Notes: generated from the letters alone by a model not told the origin. A stretch of DNA of 48,619 nucleotides from Candidatus Saccharimonadota bacterium (GCA_017514125.1 JAFWKW010000004.1:1-48619), one strand, 5' to 3'. Counted from the first letter of the stretch, positions 9,179 through 21,088 are shown. Numbers and translations are program-made.

Positions 9179-11878
9179 ATGGCTAAAAAGAAAGTAGTGG
9201 GGAAAACTGCGGAAAAAACAGATATGCCTAAACAAGTCAAGAAGACCCGTTCTAGGCACAAACTCAAATTATATTCGAATTTAAGCACCAAGCATCAATC
9301 CAGAAAAGATGCCGCTGCTCGTCGTCGGGCAGAAGATTTGGCTACTCTACCAAAAGAACCAGTCAAAAGATTTTTTGCGCGTCTTCATCCTAAACGAGTT
9401 TTTAAATGGTGGTTTTCTTGGCGTGGCCAAAAAACTATCTTAAAAACTTTAGCGGCTATTATCTTGCTCTGTATTATCGCTATTGGCGGCCTATTCTTGT
9501 ATTACAAGAAAGATATTGAAGGCTTGAAACTCGACGAAATCAATATCTCCGACACTGTCAATACTTATCTTGATAGAAATGGTACGGTTTTGTGGAAGGA
9601 TACCGGTTCTGACAATTACCGTCTAGTAGTAAAAGACGAAGATATCCCGAACTATATGCGCTGGGCTACTATTGCGATTGAGGACCGCAATTTTTACGAT
9701 CATATTGGCGTAGACTTTGGCGCTCTCATTCGTGCTACTTTTTCCACCCTCGGCGGCAAAGGCGTTCAGGGTGGTTCTACTCTCACACAGCAGCTAATCA
9801 AACAAGTCTACTTCGCCGACGAAGCCCAAAGTGAAAACCGTGGTGGTCTTGCTCGTAAAATCAAGGAGTTGATTCTCGCGATTGAGCTTGAGCGGATGTA
9901 TAGCAAAGACGAGATTCTTACAATGTATCTCAACCAATCACCTTACGGCGGTCGCCGTAATGGCGTAGAGTCTGCCGCTAGAACTTATTTTGGCAAAGCT
10001 GCGAAAGACCTTGATCTTGCTGAGTCGGCACTCCTTGCCGCTATTCCAAACAACCCAGGCGTTTATAACCCATATAATGAATACGGTCACGATGGATTGA
10101 TTCAGCGTCAGCGCTATACCCTAGACATTATGGCAGAAATGGGCTTTATCACCAAAGAAGAGGCCGAAGCTGCCAAAGAAGTCAATATTCTAGACCGTAT
10201 CTTGCCAGAATCTAGCCAGTATTCCGACATCTTGGCTCCACACTTTGTCTTAGAGGTTAGAAAGCAACTAGAAGAAAAATATGGTATTTCTACTATGCGG
10301 GCTGGTGGTTGGACCATCAAGACTTCTCTTGATTATCGTGCTCAAAAAATCGCCGAAGATGCCGTTGCTACCGGTGCTGCCTATACCTATGTCAACCACA
10401 GCGACGATATCGCCCTCGTTTCTATCGACGTAGAGACTTCCCAGGTTATCGCGATGGTCGGTTCCATCGACTTTAATAATGCTGCCTATGGCGAGCTCAA
10501 CGCTACCACAGATTCATTGATTGAACCAGGTTCCACTATCAAGCCAATTCTAGACTATTCCGCCCTCTTTATGCAACGTAGCGGCATCAATTATGGTCCA
10601 GGCTCAATTCTAAAAGACGAAAACATCAACAAACTTTACTGTGCGGGGTATACCGGCAGTTGTTCTCTCACCAACGCCACAGGTACTTTCTATGGTGATG
10701 TCACTATTAGGTTTTCGCTCGGTCACTCGCTCAACATTGCCGCGGTGAAGGCTCTCTATATCAACGGCATCGACAACTCTCTCGAAATCGCTCACGCTCT
10801 TGGCGATCAAACTTATTGTAAAGATCGTGAAGGCTATGGCCTTTCTATCGCTATTGGTTCCGGTTGTGGTGTCAAAATGGTGGAGCACGCTAATGCCTAT
10901 GCTTCAATCGCTCGTGGCGGTTCTTATAAAGACCTAACCTACGTCCTAGAACTCAAAAATTCTTCTGGCGACATTGTAGAAACTTGGACTGACACCCCAG
11001 CTGTTCGTGTAGTAGACGACCAGGTTGCTTATATGCTTTCAAGCATCCTTTCCGATCGCTCTGCTCGTTGGTTTAATAACGAAGGTTTTGTCGTACCAGG
11101 TGTTTGGACTGCTACTAAGACTGGTACTACTACCACTACCAACTCTGCCGTTACTAAGGACTCTTTGATGGAGAGTTATTCTACTGCTGTTTCTACCTTA
11201 GTATGGAACGGTAATCACGACGGCTCAGGGCTTACTTCTAACTCAAACAACGTCGTGCGCTATACCATCGGTCACTATATGGAGCGCGTCCATAAAGAAG
11301 TTTACGAGCCAGATGGTAGATGGCACAGTGGTGATCAACCGGTTCAGCCAGCCGGTATGCAACGCCTCACCGTCAACGGTCAGACCGATATTTGGCCAAG
11401 CTGGTATAATGCTAGTAAGAACTCCGGCGTTTCCAAGGAGTCCCTCACCTTCAATAAATATAACCATCTCTTAGCCTCTGAATGTACCGCCGAAGATTAC
11501 AAGATTCAGATTGAGGTGACTAAAACTATTGATCCGATGACCGGCGAAGCTGTATATAACGTCCCAGAACCTTGGAATAAAGACACTAAGGATACCTGTG
11601 ATTACAAACCACCTACGATTTCGCTTACTACTTCTGGCCCGAATATTATTGCTAATATCAAAAAAGGTACATACGACATTGTTGGCTATACACTATATGT
11701 AGATGGCATCGAGCAATCCGGTATTTCCGTTAATAGTAAAGGTGTAGTTTCTGGCTATGCTTTGAATGGTACCGAAACTTCCATTAAATTAGTCGTAACC
11801 GATTCTGCCGGTTATGCCACCACCGCCGAAGCTTCGCTTTCCCCGAGCAATACCAACGAAAAGAAGAAAAATAGTTAA
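9179..11878 (+). CDS. Class A penicillin-binding protein (transglycosylase/transpeptidase)
   Basis: EDRNFYDHIG, QGGSTLTQQL, RKIKE; transpeptidase STIK, SLN, KTGT. Confidence 0.93.
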   Translation: MAKKKVVGKTAEKTDMPKQVKKTRSRHKLKLYSNLSTKHQSRKDAAARRRAEDLATLPKEPVKRFFARLHPKRVFKWWFSWRGQKTILKTLAAIILLCIIAIGGLFLYYKKDIEGLKLDEINISDTVNTYLDRNGTVLWKDTGSDNYRLVVKDEDIPNYMRWATIAIEDRNFYDHIGVDFGALIRATFSTLGGKGVQGGSTLTQQLIKQVYFADEAQSENRGGLARKIKELILAIELERMYSKDEILTMYLNQSPYGGRRNGVESAARTYFGKAAKDLDLAESALLAAIPNNPGVYNPYNEYGHDGLIQRQRYTLDIMAEMGFITKEEAEAAKEVNILDRILPESSQYSDILAPHFVLEVRKQLEEKYGISTMRAGGWTIKTSLDYRAQKIAEDAVATGAAYTYVNHSDDIALVSIDVETSQVIAMVGSIDFNNAAYGELNATTDSLIEPGSTIKPILDYSALFMQRSGINYGPGSILKDENINKLYCAGYTGSCSLTNATGTFYGDVTIRFSLGHSLNIAAVKALYINGIDNSLEIAHALGDQTYCKDREGYGLSIAIGSGCGVKMVEHANAYASIARGGSYKDLTYVLELKNSSGDIVETWTDTPAVRVVDDQVAYMLSSILSDRSARWFNNEGFVVPGVWTATKTGTTTTTNSAVTKDSLMESYSTAVSTLVWNGNHDGSGLTSNSNNVVRYTIGHYMERVHKEVYEPDGRWHSGDQPVQPAGMQRLTVNGQTDIWPSWYNASKNSGVSKESLTFNKYNHLLASECTAEDYKIQIEVTKTIDPMTGEAVYNVPEPWNKDTKDTCDYKPPTISLTTSGPNIIANIKKGTYDIVGYTLYVDGIEQSGISVNSKGVVSGYALNGTETSIKLVVTDSAGYATTAEASLSPSNTNEKKKNS

Positions 11879-11886
11879 AATATCCT

Positions 11887-12567
11887 ATGGAAATTACAAT
11901 ACTTATTATCAGCCTAGTGATTTTGATAGAAACCTCCGTCCTGGTTTTTAGAAAAATTCACCCCCGTTTGTCAAGTAAGCGCAAAATCTACGTCGATACC
12001 TCCGTCCTAATCGACGGACGTATCGTAGGGATTGCGAGAACCGGTTTTTTGGACGGAGATTTAATTATTTTAAAGAGCGTACTTTTGGAGCTTCAGCTCA
12101 TTGCTGATAGTAAAGATATTGACAAACGTGCTAGAGCTCGCGCTGGACTTCAATCCGCTGCAGAACTCGAGCGTGTAGTAAATGTAAACACCGAAATTGT
12201 CGACGATACCGGTGGACTCAAAAAAGTCGACGAAGAGCTCCTTAAAGTTGCCAAAGAATCTCGCGGCGCCATTATGACGATTGATTACAATTTACTCAAA
12301 GTCGCCGAAGCCGAAAAAATCGAAACCTTAAATATCAACGATCTCGCTATCAGTGTTCGTACCGAGCACAAACCTGGTGAGCGTTTCAAAATCAAAATTC
12401 TAGAAAAAGGCGCCAACCGCGGTCAAGGCGTCGGACATTTGCCAGATGGCACTATGGTTGTTGTCGAAAAAGCCGCCATCAAAGTCGGTCAAGAAGTAAA
12501 CGTTAAACTTATGAATTATCTAGAAACTTCCTCCGGCCGTATGATTTTCGCGAAAATCACCAAATAA
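11887..12567 (+). CDS. PIN/TRAM-domain protein (YacL-like)
   Basis: YVDTSVLIDGRI, GQGVGHLPDGTMVVVE, ETSSGRMIFA. Confidence 0.88.
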   Translation: MEITILIISLVILIETSVLVFRKIHPRLSSKRKIYVDTSVLIDGRIVGIARTGFLDGDLIILKSVLLELQLIADSKDIDKRARARAGLQSAAELERVVNVNTEIVDDTGGLKKVDEELLKVAKESRGAIMTIDYNLLKVAEAEKIETLNINDLAISVRTEHKPGERFKIKILEKGANRGQGVGHLPDGTMVVVEKAAIKVGQEVNVKLMNYLETSSGRMIFAKITK

Positions 12568-13740
12568 TTATTTTATTAAATCTTCTCCGAACTTCACTGC
12601 TGTTGCGTGATTTTCGTTCAAAAGATCATAATACTTTTCTACCAATTTCGTGCGTCCTAGGACCTTCGCTACATCTGCCGCAATATCATAACGCGAAGCC
12701 GCATTCTTGCGAAGCATTTCAAACGGCGTGGTAGTAGAACCTTCTTCATTAAATCCGTGTACTCTTACGCGCCCTCTTGCGGTATAGTTTTCAAAAATCG
12801 CCGCGAGAGTCTCCGGATAACCGTGGAAACTCGCAATAATCGGCTTGTCTGCGGTATATAACTCTTCAAAACGGGACTTGGAGAGTTTATTATCGGTTGT
12901 ACCAATCGCGCGATAAGATAAAGCGTTAATTCCCACGAATTTCAACTTCACTCCTGGCAAATCTCGGCGCAAAATCTTCATTGCTTCCAAAGTTTCTGTC
13001 GTCTGAACGTCACCTGCCGCCGTCATGACAAAATCTGGATTTTCATCCGAGGCAAATTCATAAACGCTCGCCCCACCATTTTCATACTGAAACGCTGCGT
13101 GTCTAGAGTCGATATAACGTGGCATTTCATTCTTATTGAAAGTCGTTAGATTCACCACGTCGCGCGAAGCTAACATAAAGTTAAACGCTGTTTCTGCGGC
13201 TACATCGTCTACTGGGAATAAACAGTTACATAGATTAGTCGGAAGTGTCAAAAGTGTAGAAATCAGAGCCGGCGATTGATGGGTAAACCCATTATGATCT
13301 TGCCTCCAACAAGTAGATGTCGAAAGTAAATTCACTGCCGGCAACGCTTCTCGCCACTCTACCTCACGTGATTGCTTGACAAATTTAAGATGTTGTAAAA
13401 TCTGTGACGTAATAATCGGCAAAAACGCTTCGTAGCTCCCCATCATTGCCTGTTCCCCGTTCATCAGGTGCCCGGTCATCACTGAAAAGAGTACATTTTC
13501 AGAAAGCATCTCTACGATTCTACCATCTGGTCCAGCCGGAAGATCCCAGTTTTCACGCGCGAGATCACCCCAAGCTCTTTTTTCGGCTGAGAACACCGAG
13601 CCAAAACGATTAGAAGTAGTTTCATCTGGCGAGAAAAAGTAAAAATACGGATTTTTCTTAAATTGTTCAGCCAAAAGCTCCCCAATTTTCTTAGCTGGCG
13701 AGTAATACTCTACCCCCGGGTTTTCTACGTGATCTATCAT
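12568..13740 (-). CDS. xfp: Phosphoketolase, middle and C-terminal part (split gene)
   Basis: FSPDETTSNR, EMLSE, SYEAF, WRQDHNGFTHQ, FHGYP, EEGSTTTPF. Confidence 0.88.
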   Translation of the reverse strand: MIDHVENPGVEYYSPAKKIGELLAEQFKKNPYFYFFSPDETTSNRFGSVFSAEKRAWGDLARENWDLPAGPDGRIVEMLSENVLFSVMTGHLMNGEQAMMGSYEAFLPIITSQILQHLKFVKQSREVEWREALPAVNLLSTSTCWRQDHNGFTHQSPALISTLLTLPTNLCNCLFPVDDVAAETAFNFMLASRDVVNLTTFNKNEMPRYIDSRHAAFQYENGGASVYEFASDENPDFVMTAAGDVQTTETLEAMKILRRDLPGVKLKFVGINALSYRAIGTTDNKLSKSRFEELYTADKPIIASFHGYPETLAAIFENYTARGRVRVHGFNEEGSTTTPFEMLRKNAASRYDIAADVAKVLGRTKLVEKYYDLLNENHATAVKFGEDLIK

Positions 13741-14669
13741 AATACAAATCCTTTCTCTGCGTCAAATAAATCTTTGAAGTTGTAGCTTTGAAGCCACTCT
13801 TCTAGAGCTCTCAAATCATTGGAATTATTCATCGGGCTCTTCAGAGGAATCTGGTGCGACTCGTGATGACGATTTGGCCCACCCGCACCCTTTTCGGTCT
13901 TCAAGATATAGAACGGAGAATCAACCTTTTGCTTCAAAGCATTTTGAAATACCTCCGGATCATCACCGTCAATCATTACTGGCGTAAACCCAAACCCACG
14001 AATCATCTCATTTAGCTCCCTTTCAGATCTTCTAGCATAAAGCGACGGAGCAGAGATTTTGTAGCCATTCAGATGTAAAACTGGTAGAATCTTACCATTC
14101 TTTGGTCCACAGAGTAGTGCCCTCAAGTTCAAAGAATCAAGCGCAGTGGCAGTCTCTAACTCTCCGTCGCCTACCAGGACGGCAATAATCTTTTCTGGAT
14201 GCCCCAAGGCCATACCATAAGCATTGGCCAAAGCATAACCAAGCTCACCGCCTTCTACGATTGTACCCGGTGTGTAAGGACTAGCGTGGGATGGAAATCC
14301 ATCTGGCCAAGAAAAGTTATGACAGACATACGAAAGACCGCGGATATCTCTTGTGGCATTTGGATCAACTTTTTCGAGTTCTCCATCAAAGAAGAGGTTA
14401 GCTTGGAGCGCTGGAAATCCATGGCCGGGCCCAAGGACAAAACTAAAATTGTCATTTCCTTCATAAAAAGTCTTAAGATTAGCATAAGCTACGTTAATTC
14501 CGTGGCAAGTTCCCCAGTGCCCTAGGAGCCTCGGTTTTACATCGTCAAATCCGAGAGGTCGCTCCAGTAAAAAGTCGTCACTTAAGAAAAGCTGCGCTAC
14601 ACACATATAGTCGCAGGCTCTGATTCGTTTTTTGATATATTCTGATTTATCCATGCCCACTCCGCTCAT
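13737..14669 (-). CDS. xfp: Phosphoketolase, N-terminal ThDP-binding part (split gene)
   Basis: KPRLLGHWGT, GPGHG, EGGELGY, GDGELET, LHLNGYKI, SHQIP; start placed at ATG 14669, 6 nt from TATAAT. Confidence 0.88.
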   Translation of the reverse strand: MSGVGMDKSEYIKKRIRACDYMCVAQLFLSDDFLLERPLGFDDVKPRLLGHWGTCHGINVAYANLKTFYEGNDNFSFVLGPGHGFPALQANLFFDGELEKVDPNATRDIRGLSYVCHNFSWPDGFPSHASPYTPGTIVEGGELGYALANAYGMALGHPEKIIAVLVGDGELETATALDSLNLRALLCGPKNGKILPVLHLNGYKISAPSLYARRSERELNEMIRGFGFTPVMIDGDDPEVFQNALKQKVDSPFYILKTEKGAGGPNRHHESHQIPLKSPMNNSNDLRALEEWLQSYNFKDLFDAEKGFVL

Positions 14670-14778
14670 GTTTATATTATATAGCACAAAAAATCAAATG
14701 TCCATAGAAAAATTGAAAAACTAGCATAAAAAACGCGCCCTAGTTTGTAAACTTGGACGCGCTTAGCTAAAAGGATTG

Positions 14779-15810
14779 TTATCTTAACTCAAATACACCG
14801 AGCACGTTGCTAATTGTATAGCAATTACCGGGCTCAACTTCACTTAAATCAACTATGCCGTAGCCTTCTTTGGTCTTTTTGACCGGTACTTTGATGGATA
14901 AATTATCGTCGTCTACAACATAGCAACGGCTAGTTGCCTCAAACGTTTGGCTGTGATAGTCCATCCCTTCGTACCATTCGAAGGTGTACTGCTCACCATA
15001 GTTTAACTTCCTGACGTCTTCCACCGGAGTTCCATCAGCTTTCAAAACGGTCGGATCGGTGATATTATCATCTAGCCCTCCGTAAAGATGGTCCAGAATA
15101 GGAAAATAGGTCATCTGGCGACCAGTGGCCGGAATCGTATATCCATAGAATTCCGCCCGCTTAATCTTTACTTCTTCCAATGTCCTGTCGCTATATACCC
15201 TCAGCTCTTCTCCAGAGTCCACATAGTAGATTGGAAAATCACCAATTGAGATAACGGCGTCGGTGGCCCCAGTCGGGACATCGGAGATCTCTCTCTGATC
15301 ATAGAGATAAAGGTTTGTGTCCATACTCTCTATGAAGTATTCTCCGATCTGATACCCACAATCATATTCTGTTATAACTGTGGACGGCATCAGGGCATCC
15401 AGGGCGTAAAGCTTGCCATTTCTCTCAACGGCATACCCATTAGTTTGCCTTATCCAGTCTTCGTCGGCGATAAAAATCCCATAGGGATCTTTTTCTACCG
15501 CTTCTTCCTGGGGTTCTTCAGACTCCTCGGTAGGTATGACTTTTTCCTCGACCGTTACAGCCTCGGTTGCTGCCGCTTCTTCTGCTGTTTCTTCCAGCTC
15601 TTCTACTGGCGGTTTGGCCGGCTTTGCTGTGGGTTCCGAATCCCAATCCACCGCGGCATCGCCAGCTTCAAATTGGGGCGGAGTCGCTGCTATTGGGGCG
15701 TTTTCAGTCTTCGGCTCTACAACGCGGAGTAGTAATACTCCCGCCACAGCCAAAACTACAGCAAACGCTACAAACAATGCAACTATTTTAAAAGTATCTT
15801 CGTTTCTCAT
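14779..15810 (-). CDS. Hypothetical membrane-anchored or exported acidic protein
   Basis: N-terminal TM helix, E/P/A-rich linker; GGAGGTG RBS supports ATG 15810. Confidence 0.75.
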   Translation of the reverse strand: MRNEDTFKIVALFVAFAVVLAVAGVLLLRVVEPKTENAPIAATPPQFEAGDAAVDWDSEPTAKPAKPPVEELEETAEEAAATEAVTVEEKVIPTEESEEPQEEAVEKDPYGIFIADEDWIRQTNGYAVERNGKLYALDALMPSTVITEYDCGYQIGEYFIESMDTNLYLYDQREISDVPTGATDAVISIGDFPIYYVDSGEELRVYSDRTLEEVKIKRAEFYGYTIPATGRQMTYFPILDHLYGGLDDNITDPTVLKADGTPVEDVRKLNYGEQYTFEWYEGMDYHSQTFEATSRCYVVDDDNLSIKVPVKKTKEGYGIVDLSEVEPGNCYTISNVLGVFELR

Positions 15811-15926
15811 TTTCTTCACCTCCCATAAATATCCTTTTAGCTTTTTAATTTTCTAGTGCCAAAATAGGCACTCACTTACCTTTATTATACCACACTTTAC
15901 CAAAAAAGTCAATAAGAGGCTAATGT

Positions 15927-17894
15927 CTATCCGATTATCTCTTTGATTTTTTCAACTTCATCCCTGATGGCTGCCGCCTTTTCAAACTCTAGGTTTGCTG
16001 CCGCTAGTTGCATTTCTGATTGTAAGGATTTAATAAGTCCTGGCAACTCGTCTTTTGGAATCCGTTTAATATCAAGTTTATCCTCTTTTTTCTCCTCTGG
16101 AATAATTGCGCGAAGTCCCAGGGAAATCTCCTTCTTGATTGAGGTTGGTACAATGTGATGTTTGAAATTATATTCCTTTTGGATTTCGCGCCGCCGGTTG
16201 GTTTCCGAAATCGCCTTTTCCATACTTTCGGTAATATAGTCAGCGTACATAATCACTTTTCCTTCTACGTGACGTGCCGCCCGCCCAATCGTCTGAATCA
16301 GTGCCGACTCAGAGCGAAGGAACCCTTCTTTATCCGCATCCAGAATCGCCACCAGTGACACTTCCGGCAAATCTAATCCTTCACGGAGTAGATTGATCCC
16401 CACCAGTACGTCTACCACCCCTTCGCGTAGATCTTTCAAAATATCTCCTCGCTCCAAAGTATCTATATCCGAGTGGATGTAAGCGGTCTTTACTCCCCGC
16501 TCTTTCAAATGATCAGTTAAATCTTCCGCCATTCTTTTGGTCAAAGTTGTAATTAGCGTTCTCTGCCCATTGGCAATGCGCTTGTCAATCTCCTCCATCA
16601 AATCGTCAATTTGCCCGTCGGTTTTTCTCACTTCTATTTCTGGATCAAGTAGTCCGGTCGGACGAATAATTTGCTCCGCCGGCTTTGGTGTGTTTTCAAG
16701 CTCATATTCTCCTGGTGTCGCCGACACAAAAATCGCTTGATTAATCTTAGAATCAAATTCACCAAAAGTAAGCGGTCGGTTATCAAGCGCGCTCGGTAGT
16801 CGGAATCCAAAATCCACCAAATTCTGCTTCCTTGCGTGGTCACCATTGTACATTCCGCGTACTTGTGGCAAAGTCATATGTGACTCGTCTACAATCAAAA
16901 GAAAATCTTTCGGGAAAAAGTCGATCAAGGTATGCGGTGGCTCTCCTGGCTTTCGTCCCTCCAAATGCCGAGAGTAATTTTCGATTCCCTTTACAAATCC
17001 AGTCTGTTCCAACATCTCTAAATCATATTTAGTGCGTTGCGATAATCTTTGTGCTTCAAGAAACTTCTCGTGTTCATTGAAATACGCCAGTCTTTCTTCG
17101 TACTCCGCCCGAATAGATTTTAGCGCTCTTTCGAGATCTTCCTCAGGCGTAGCGTAGTGGGTATTTGGAAAAATGTGGACTTTCTCTGGTTGTTGACGTA
17201 CTTCAAAAGTTAACGGATCCACGACTTTGATATTTTCCAGTACATCAAATCCAAACTCAAACCGATAAGCTTTCTCCCCGTTAGCCGGATAAAGATCAAT
17301 CGTATCTCCCATCACCCGAAAATTCCCCCGCTCAAACGCGATATCATTCCTATGGTATTGAATTGAAATCAATTTACGAATTAGCTCTTCCTGCGAAATA
17401 TTACTTCCTATTCCGATTTCAAACGACATAGCTAAATAATTTTCCGGCGAGCCAATGCCATAGATACAGGAAACGGACGAAATCACAATTACGTCGCGCC
17501 GTGACAAAAGCGCCTCCGTTGCCCCGTGCCGCAGCCGGTCAATCTCATCGTTAATCGCCGAATCCTTTTCAATATAGGTATCGGTCGAGGCGATATAAGC
17601 CTCCGGCTGGTAGTAATCAAAATAACTCACAAAATAATGTACTTCGTTTTCCGGAAAAAACTCTCGAAACTCCGAATAAAGCTGCGCTGCCAAGGTTTTG
17701 TTATGGGCAAGAATCAAAGTGGGTCTCTGGGTTTCGGCGATAATATTCGCCATTGTAAAAGTCTTGCCCGACCCAGTCACACCCAAAAGTGTCTGGGCTT
17801 TTTCACCCCTATAAATTCCATCCACAAGCTGTCTAATCGCCTGTGGCTGATCCCCAGTCGGCTGATACCTCGATACAAGTTTAAACTGAGGCAT
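15927..17894 (-). CDS. uvrB: Excinuclease ABC subunit B
   Basis: [40 protein letters not shown]; start MPQFKL at 17894 overlaps lysS end. Confidence 0.97.
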   Translation of the reverse strand: MPQFKLVSRYQPTGDQPQAIRQLVDGIYRGEKAQTLLGVTGSGKTFTMANIIAETQRPTLILAHNKTLAAQLYSEFREFFPENEVHYFVSYFDYYQPEAYIASTDTYIEKDSAINDEIDRLRHGATEALLSRRDVIVISSVSCIYGIGSPENYLAMSFEIGIGSNISQEELIRKLISIQYHRNDIAFERGNFRVMGDTIDLYPANGEKAYRFEFGFDVLENIKVVDPLTFEVRQQPEKVHIFPNTHYATPEEDLERALKSIRAEYEERLAYFNEHEKFLEAQRLSQRTKYDLEMLEQTGFVKGIENYSRHLEGRKPGEPPHTLIDFFPKDFLLIVDESHMTLPQVRGMYNGDHARKQNLVDFGFRLPSALDNRPLTFGEFDSKINQAIFVSATPGEYELENTPKPAEQIIRPTGLLDPEIEVRKTDGQIDDLMEEIDKRIANGQRTLITTLTKRMAEDLTDHLKERGVKTAYIHSDIDTLERGDILKDLREGVVDVLVGINLLREGLDLPEVSLVAILDADKEGFLRSESALIQTIGRAARHVEGKVIMYADYITESMEKAISETNRRREIQKEYNFKHHIVPTSIKKEISLGLRAIIPEEKKEDKLDIKRIPKDELPGLIKSLQSEMQLAAANLEFEKAAAIRDEVEKIKEIIG

Positions 17895-19368
17895 CCGCAC
17901 TCCGCATTGTCGGAAACGGCACCGCCTCGCGTCCAGACACACCCTCTAAAAGCCAGAAGTTTCTTTCGCTATTCCCCCACCCGCAAGCCGGTGGCATACC
18001 ATACTCCAGCATCTCTACAAAATCCCGGTCTAGCATCTGTGCTTCCGCGTCCCCAGCGTCGCGCGCTGCTTGCTGTTCTTCAAACCGCGCCAACTGATCC
18101 AAAGGATCGTTTAACTCCGAGAAGCCATTACCCATCTCGGTCCCGGCAATTATTGGGTGAAATCTCTCGGTCACCAAAGGATTTTCAGACGATTTTTTGG
18201 CCAGAGGTGACAAAGACAAAGGCTCCTCAATCACCCAATATGGTCCCGGAGAAGTTTTTCTGATTAACTTCCAAACATCATCAATCAAATGTGGCGTAGT
18301 GGTATTGTCAAGTTTTTTCACAAAATCTTCACGCGACAAATCTTTCGCATCCCAATTCTCGAGCAACACGGAAATTAGTTGCTCTCTATCCGGGTTAAAT
18401 ACATCCACTCCATATTTTTCCGACAAAAGATCGGCGTATTTCACCCGCGGCCACTCGCAATCAAGGTCAATCTCAAATCCACTCACATTGAATTTCAAAG
18501 TTCCCCAGGTTTCCTTACAAACATACTTAATCATCTCTTCATAAAACTTCATCCCGTCCTCGTAATTTTCGTACGCGGCATAAGCTTCAAAAGCAATGTG
18601 TTCCGGTAAATGTTCGTCATCAATCCCCTCATTTCTGAATCTTGGCCCGATATCATACACCTTTTCAAACCCACCACCAAGCAGGCGCTTCAAAGGTAGC
18701 TCGTGTGAAATCCGAAGATAAAAATCTTCATCCAGCGCGTCCATATGAGTGACAAATGGCGTCGCATCTGCTCCACCAGTAGTATGCTCCAAAACTGGGA
18801 TATTTACCTCTATAAAGCCGTGGGAATTCATAAAATCACGCGTCGCCTGCCAGAATTTAGACCGTCTTACCAGCCTTTCTCGCACTTCTGGGTTCACATT
18901 CATATCCACATAGCGCCGGCGATACCGTTCTTCCTTATTTGTGAATTTCTCTGGCAGCGGTCGAAGGGCCTTAGTGAGTAGCCTCACAAAATCAGCAAAC
19001 ACCGAAATCTCCCCAGTCTGGGATTTGTCTACCAGCCCACGCGCTTCTACAAAATCACCCGTATCAAGTAGTTTCACGTCTTTCGCGCCCAATAAACCAT
19101 TTGGTGTAGGTTCACTGGATGCCTTCATAAAAATCTGTACTTCTCCCGTAACATCGCGTAGTTTCAAAAACACCAACTTGCCAAACGAGCGAATCGCTAC
19201 GACTCTCCCCGCTACGCAGACTTCCTGCCCCTGTTTTTCATCAAAACGATTAATAACCTCAGAAATATAAGTATTTCTAGAAGATTTAGACGGATACGGC
19301 TCAATTCCCCTCTCACGGAGGGCAGTCAATTTTCTCAAGCGTTCATTTCTATAATCTTCTAGTAACAT
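17881..19368 (-). CDS. lysS: Lysine--tRNA ligase (class II)
   Basis: OB fold, [20 protein letters not shown]. Confidence 0.96.
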   Translation of the reverse strand: MLLEDYRNERLRKLTALRERGIEPYPSKSSRNTYISEVINRFDEKQGQEVCVAGRVVAIRSFGKLVFLKLRDVTGEVQIFMKASSEPTPNGLLGAKDVKLLDTGDFVEARGLVDKSQTGEISVFADFVRLLTKALRPLPEKFTNKEERYRRRYVDMNVNPEVRERLVRRSKFWQATRDFMNSHGFIEVNIPVLEHTTGGADATPFVTHMDALDEDFYLRISHELPLKRLLGGGFEKVYDIGPRFRNEGIDDEHLPEHIAFEAYAAYENYEDGMKFYEEMIKYVCKETWGTLKFNVSGFEIDLDCEWPRVKYADLLSEKYGVDVFNPDREQLISVLLENWDAKDLSREDFVKKLDNTTTPHLIDDVWKLIRKTSPGPYWVIEEPLSLSPLAKKSSENPLVTERFHPIIAGTEMGNGFSELNDPLDQLARFEEQQAARDAGDAEAQMLDRDFVEMLEYGMPPACGWGNSERNFWLLEGVSGREAVPFPTMRSADASV

Positions 19369-19388
19369 AAAAATATTATAGCATAAAA

Positions 19389-19835
19389 CTAGCTAATTTC
19401 CAAAATCTTCACTTTGCGTCCATTAAATTCTAATGTTTCTCCTACTTTGTGCCCCATAATCACTTTGCCGATCGGCGACTCATTAGAAATTTTGCCGTCC
19501 AACGGATTAGCCTCAGTCGCTCCTACCACGGTATATTCTACTTTTCTGCCACCAAGATCAATCTTTACGTTGGCTCCAAGCGCTACGCTACTGCGCTTCC
19601 CAGCCCGGATGATTTTAGCATTTTTAAGGATGTCTTGAATCTCAAGAATCCGATTCTCAGCCATTTTTTGCTCGGCTCTCGCTGAACTATACTCTTCGTT
19701 TTCCGATAAATCACCAAAAGCTCTCGCTGTCGCAATTTTCTCGGCAATCTCCGGGCGATTAGCAATCAACTGCTCCAGCTCCTTTTCCAGGTCTTTCTTA
19801 CCATCAACGGTCAAGTGTACTTCTTTTTTTGCCAT
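19389..19835 (-). CDS. greA: Transcription elongation factor GreA
   Basis: ARAFGDLSENEEY, ISNESPIG. Confidence 0.96.
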   Translation of the reverse strand: MAKKEVHLTVDGKKDLEKELEQLIANRPEIAEKIATARAFGDLSENEEYSSARAEQKMAENRILEIQDILKNAKIIRAGKRSSVALGANVKIDLGGRKVEYTVVGATEANPLDGKISNESPIGKVIMGHKVGETLEFNGRKVKILEIS

Positions 19836-19864
19836 ATTTATTACTCCACTAAACTAGTAATATT

Positions 19865-21088
19865 CTACACGAAAAGCTTTTTGATGTCAACCAACTTTTT
19901 CTCGCCAGTTTTTCGCTCCACTACTTCTGCCGAATTAGATTCCAAAGTCTTGTCTGAAATTACTATACGATAAGGTATTCCCATCAGCTCTGAGTCGGCG
20001 AACTTTTCTCCTGGGCGAAGATCCCTATCGTCAAACAAAATTTCGCTTTCACGCCCAGCATAAATCTCAGAAGCCTTCAGCGAGCCCTTCTCGCCAATTC
20101 CTACCAAATAATACTTAAACGGCGCTACCGCCTCCGGCCATACTAGCCCCTTCTCATCGGCAAATTTTTCCGCAATTACCCCCATTACTCTAGATACACC
20201 GATTCCATAGCATCCCATATAGACGGTCTTAGCGGTATTAGACTCGTCGGTATATTTTAACCCCAAAGGTTCAGAGTACTTGTGCTTCAATTTAAAGATA
20301 TTCCCCACTTCCGCCGCCTTAGTCGGCTCAAACTCAGATTCGTGAGCTCCAAATTCATCCAAAACTTCTTTGTTAAACACCTCTTTATTAAAAACCAGCG
20401 ACTTGTCTTTATTATAATAAATCACGTCCTCCCCCACCGGCAAAATCGTCTGATATTCGTGCGAGAATTTCGAGAATATTCCACCAGAAGCAAAAGTTTC
20501 ATAAGTAGAATCGCCTAGCCCCAACCTTTCAAAAATCTTAGCGTAAGCCTTTTCTACTTTTGCGTAAAATTCATCCAAATCTTCTTCCGAAGTATGAAAC
20601 GAATAAAGATCCTTCATCAAAAATTCCCGTCCTCGCATAATCCCAGATTTCGCTCTTTTCTCGTTTCTGAATTTAGTCTGGAACTGATAAGCATATGCCG
20701 GCAAATCTTTATAAGAATGGATGTAAGTTTTCATCATATTTACCATTGGCTCTTCGTGGGTTGGCGCAAGTCCCAATAGTCCTCCCGAGGATAGCTCAGT
20801 CTTAAACCAAATATCCACTTCTTGGTCCGAAAATCTCCCCGTCGCTTCCCAGAGCTCGGGATTTTGGAGGGCGCTCATTGACACTTCCTCACAGCCAATC
20901 GCATTTAACTCCTCCCGAATCACGGTCTTGATTTTTTCTAAAACTAAAAGTCCCAAAGGCAAATAATCATACACCCCTGCGAGTTCTTTGTGAATATATC
21001 CCGCCCGGGAGAGCAAAGCTCCGTTTTTAGCAATTTCGTCTTTTGGTGCCTCCCTTAAAGTCTTGATAAAAGTTTTGGATAATCTCAT
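19865..21088 (-). CDS. proS: Proline--tRNA ligase (short form, no full editing domain)
   Basis: MRLSK, LAPTHEE, QTKFRNEKR, REFLMKDLYSF, MGCYGIG; start at 21088, 7 nt from TGATATAAT. Confidence 0.95.
   Translation of the reverse strand: MRLSKTFIKTLREAPKDEIAKNGALLSRAGYIHKELAGVYDYLPLGLLVLEKIKTVIREELNAIGCEEVSMSALQNPELWEATGRFSDQEVDIWFKTELSSGGLLGLAPTHEEPMVNMMKTYIHSYKDLPAYAYQFQTKFRNEKRAKSGIMRGREFLMKDLYSFHTSEEDLDEFYAKVEKAYAKIFERLGLGDSTYETFASGGIFSKFSHEYQTILPVGEDVIYYNKDKSLVFNKEVFNKEVLDEFGAHESEFEPTKAAEVGNIFKLKHKYSEPLGLKYTDESNTAKTVYMGCYGIGVSRVMGVIAEKFADEKGLVWPEAVAPFKYYLVGIGEKGSLKASEIYAGRESEILFDDRDLRPGEKFADSELMGIPYRIVISDKTLESNSAEVVERKTGEKKLVDIKKLFV

Noticed and set aside
17526-18263. 245-aa plus-strand ORF, and similar shadow ORFs such as 23759-24610, 24601-25128 and 21283-21870
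   Set aside because: Antisense to well-supported genes (uvrB/lysS, rseP, uppS, GH13) with no recognisable motifs.
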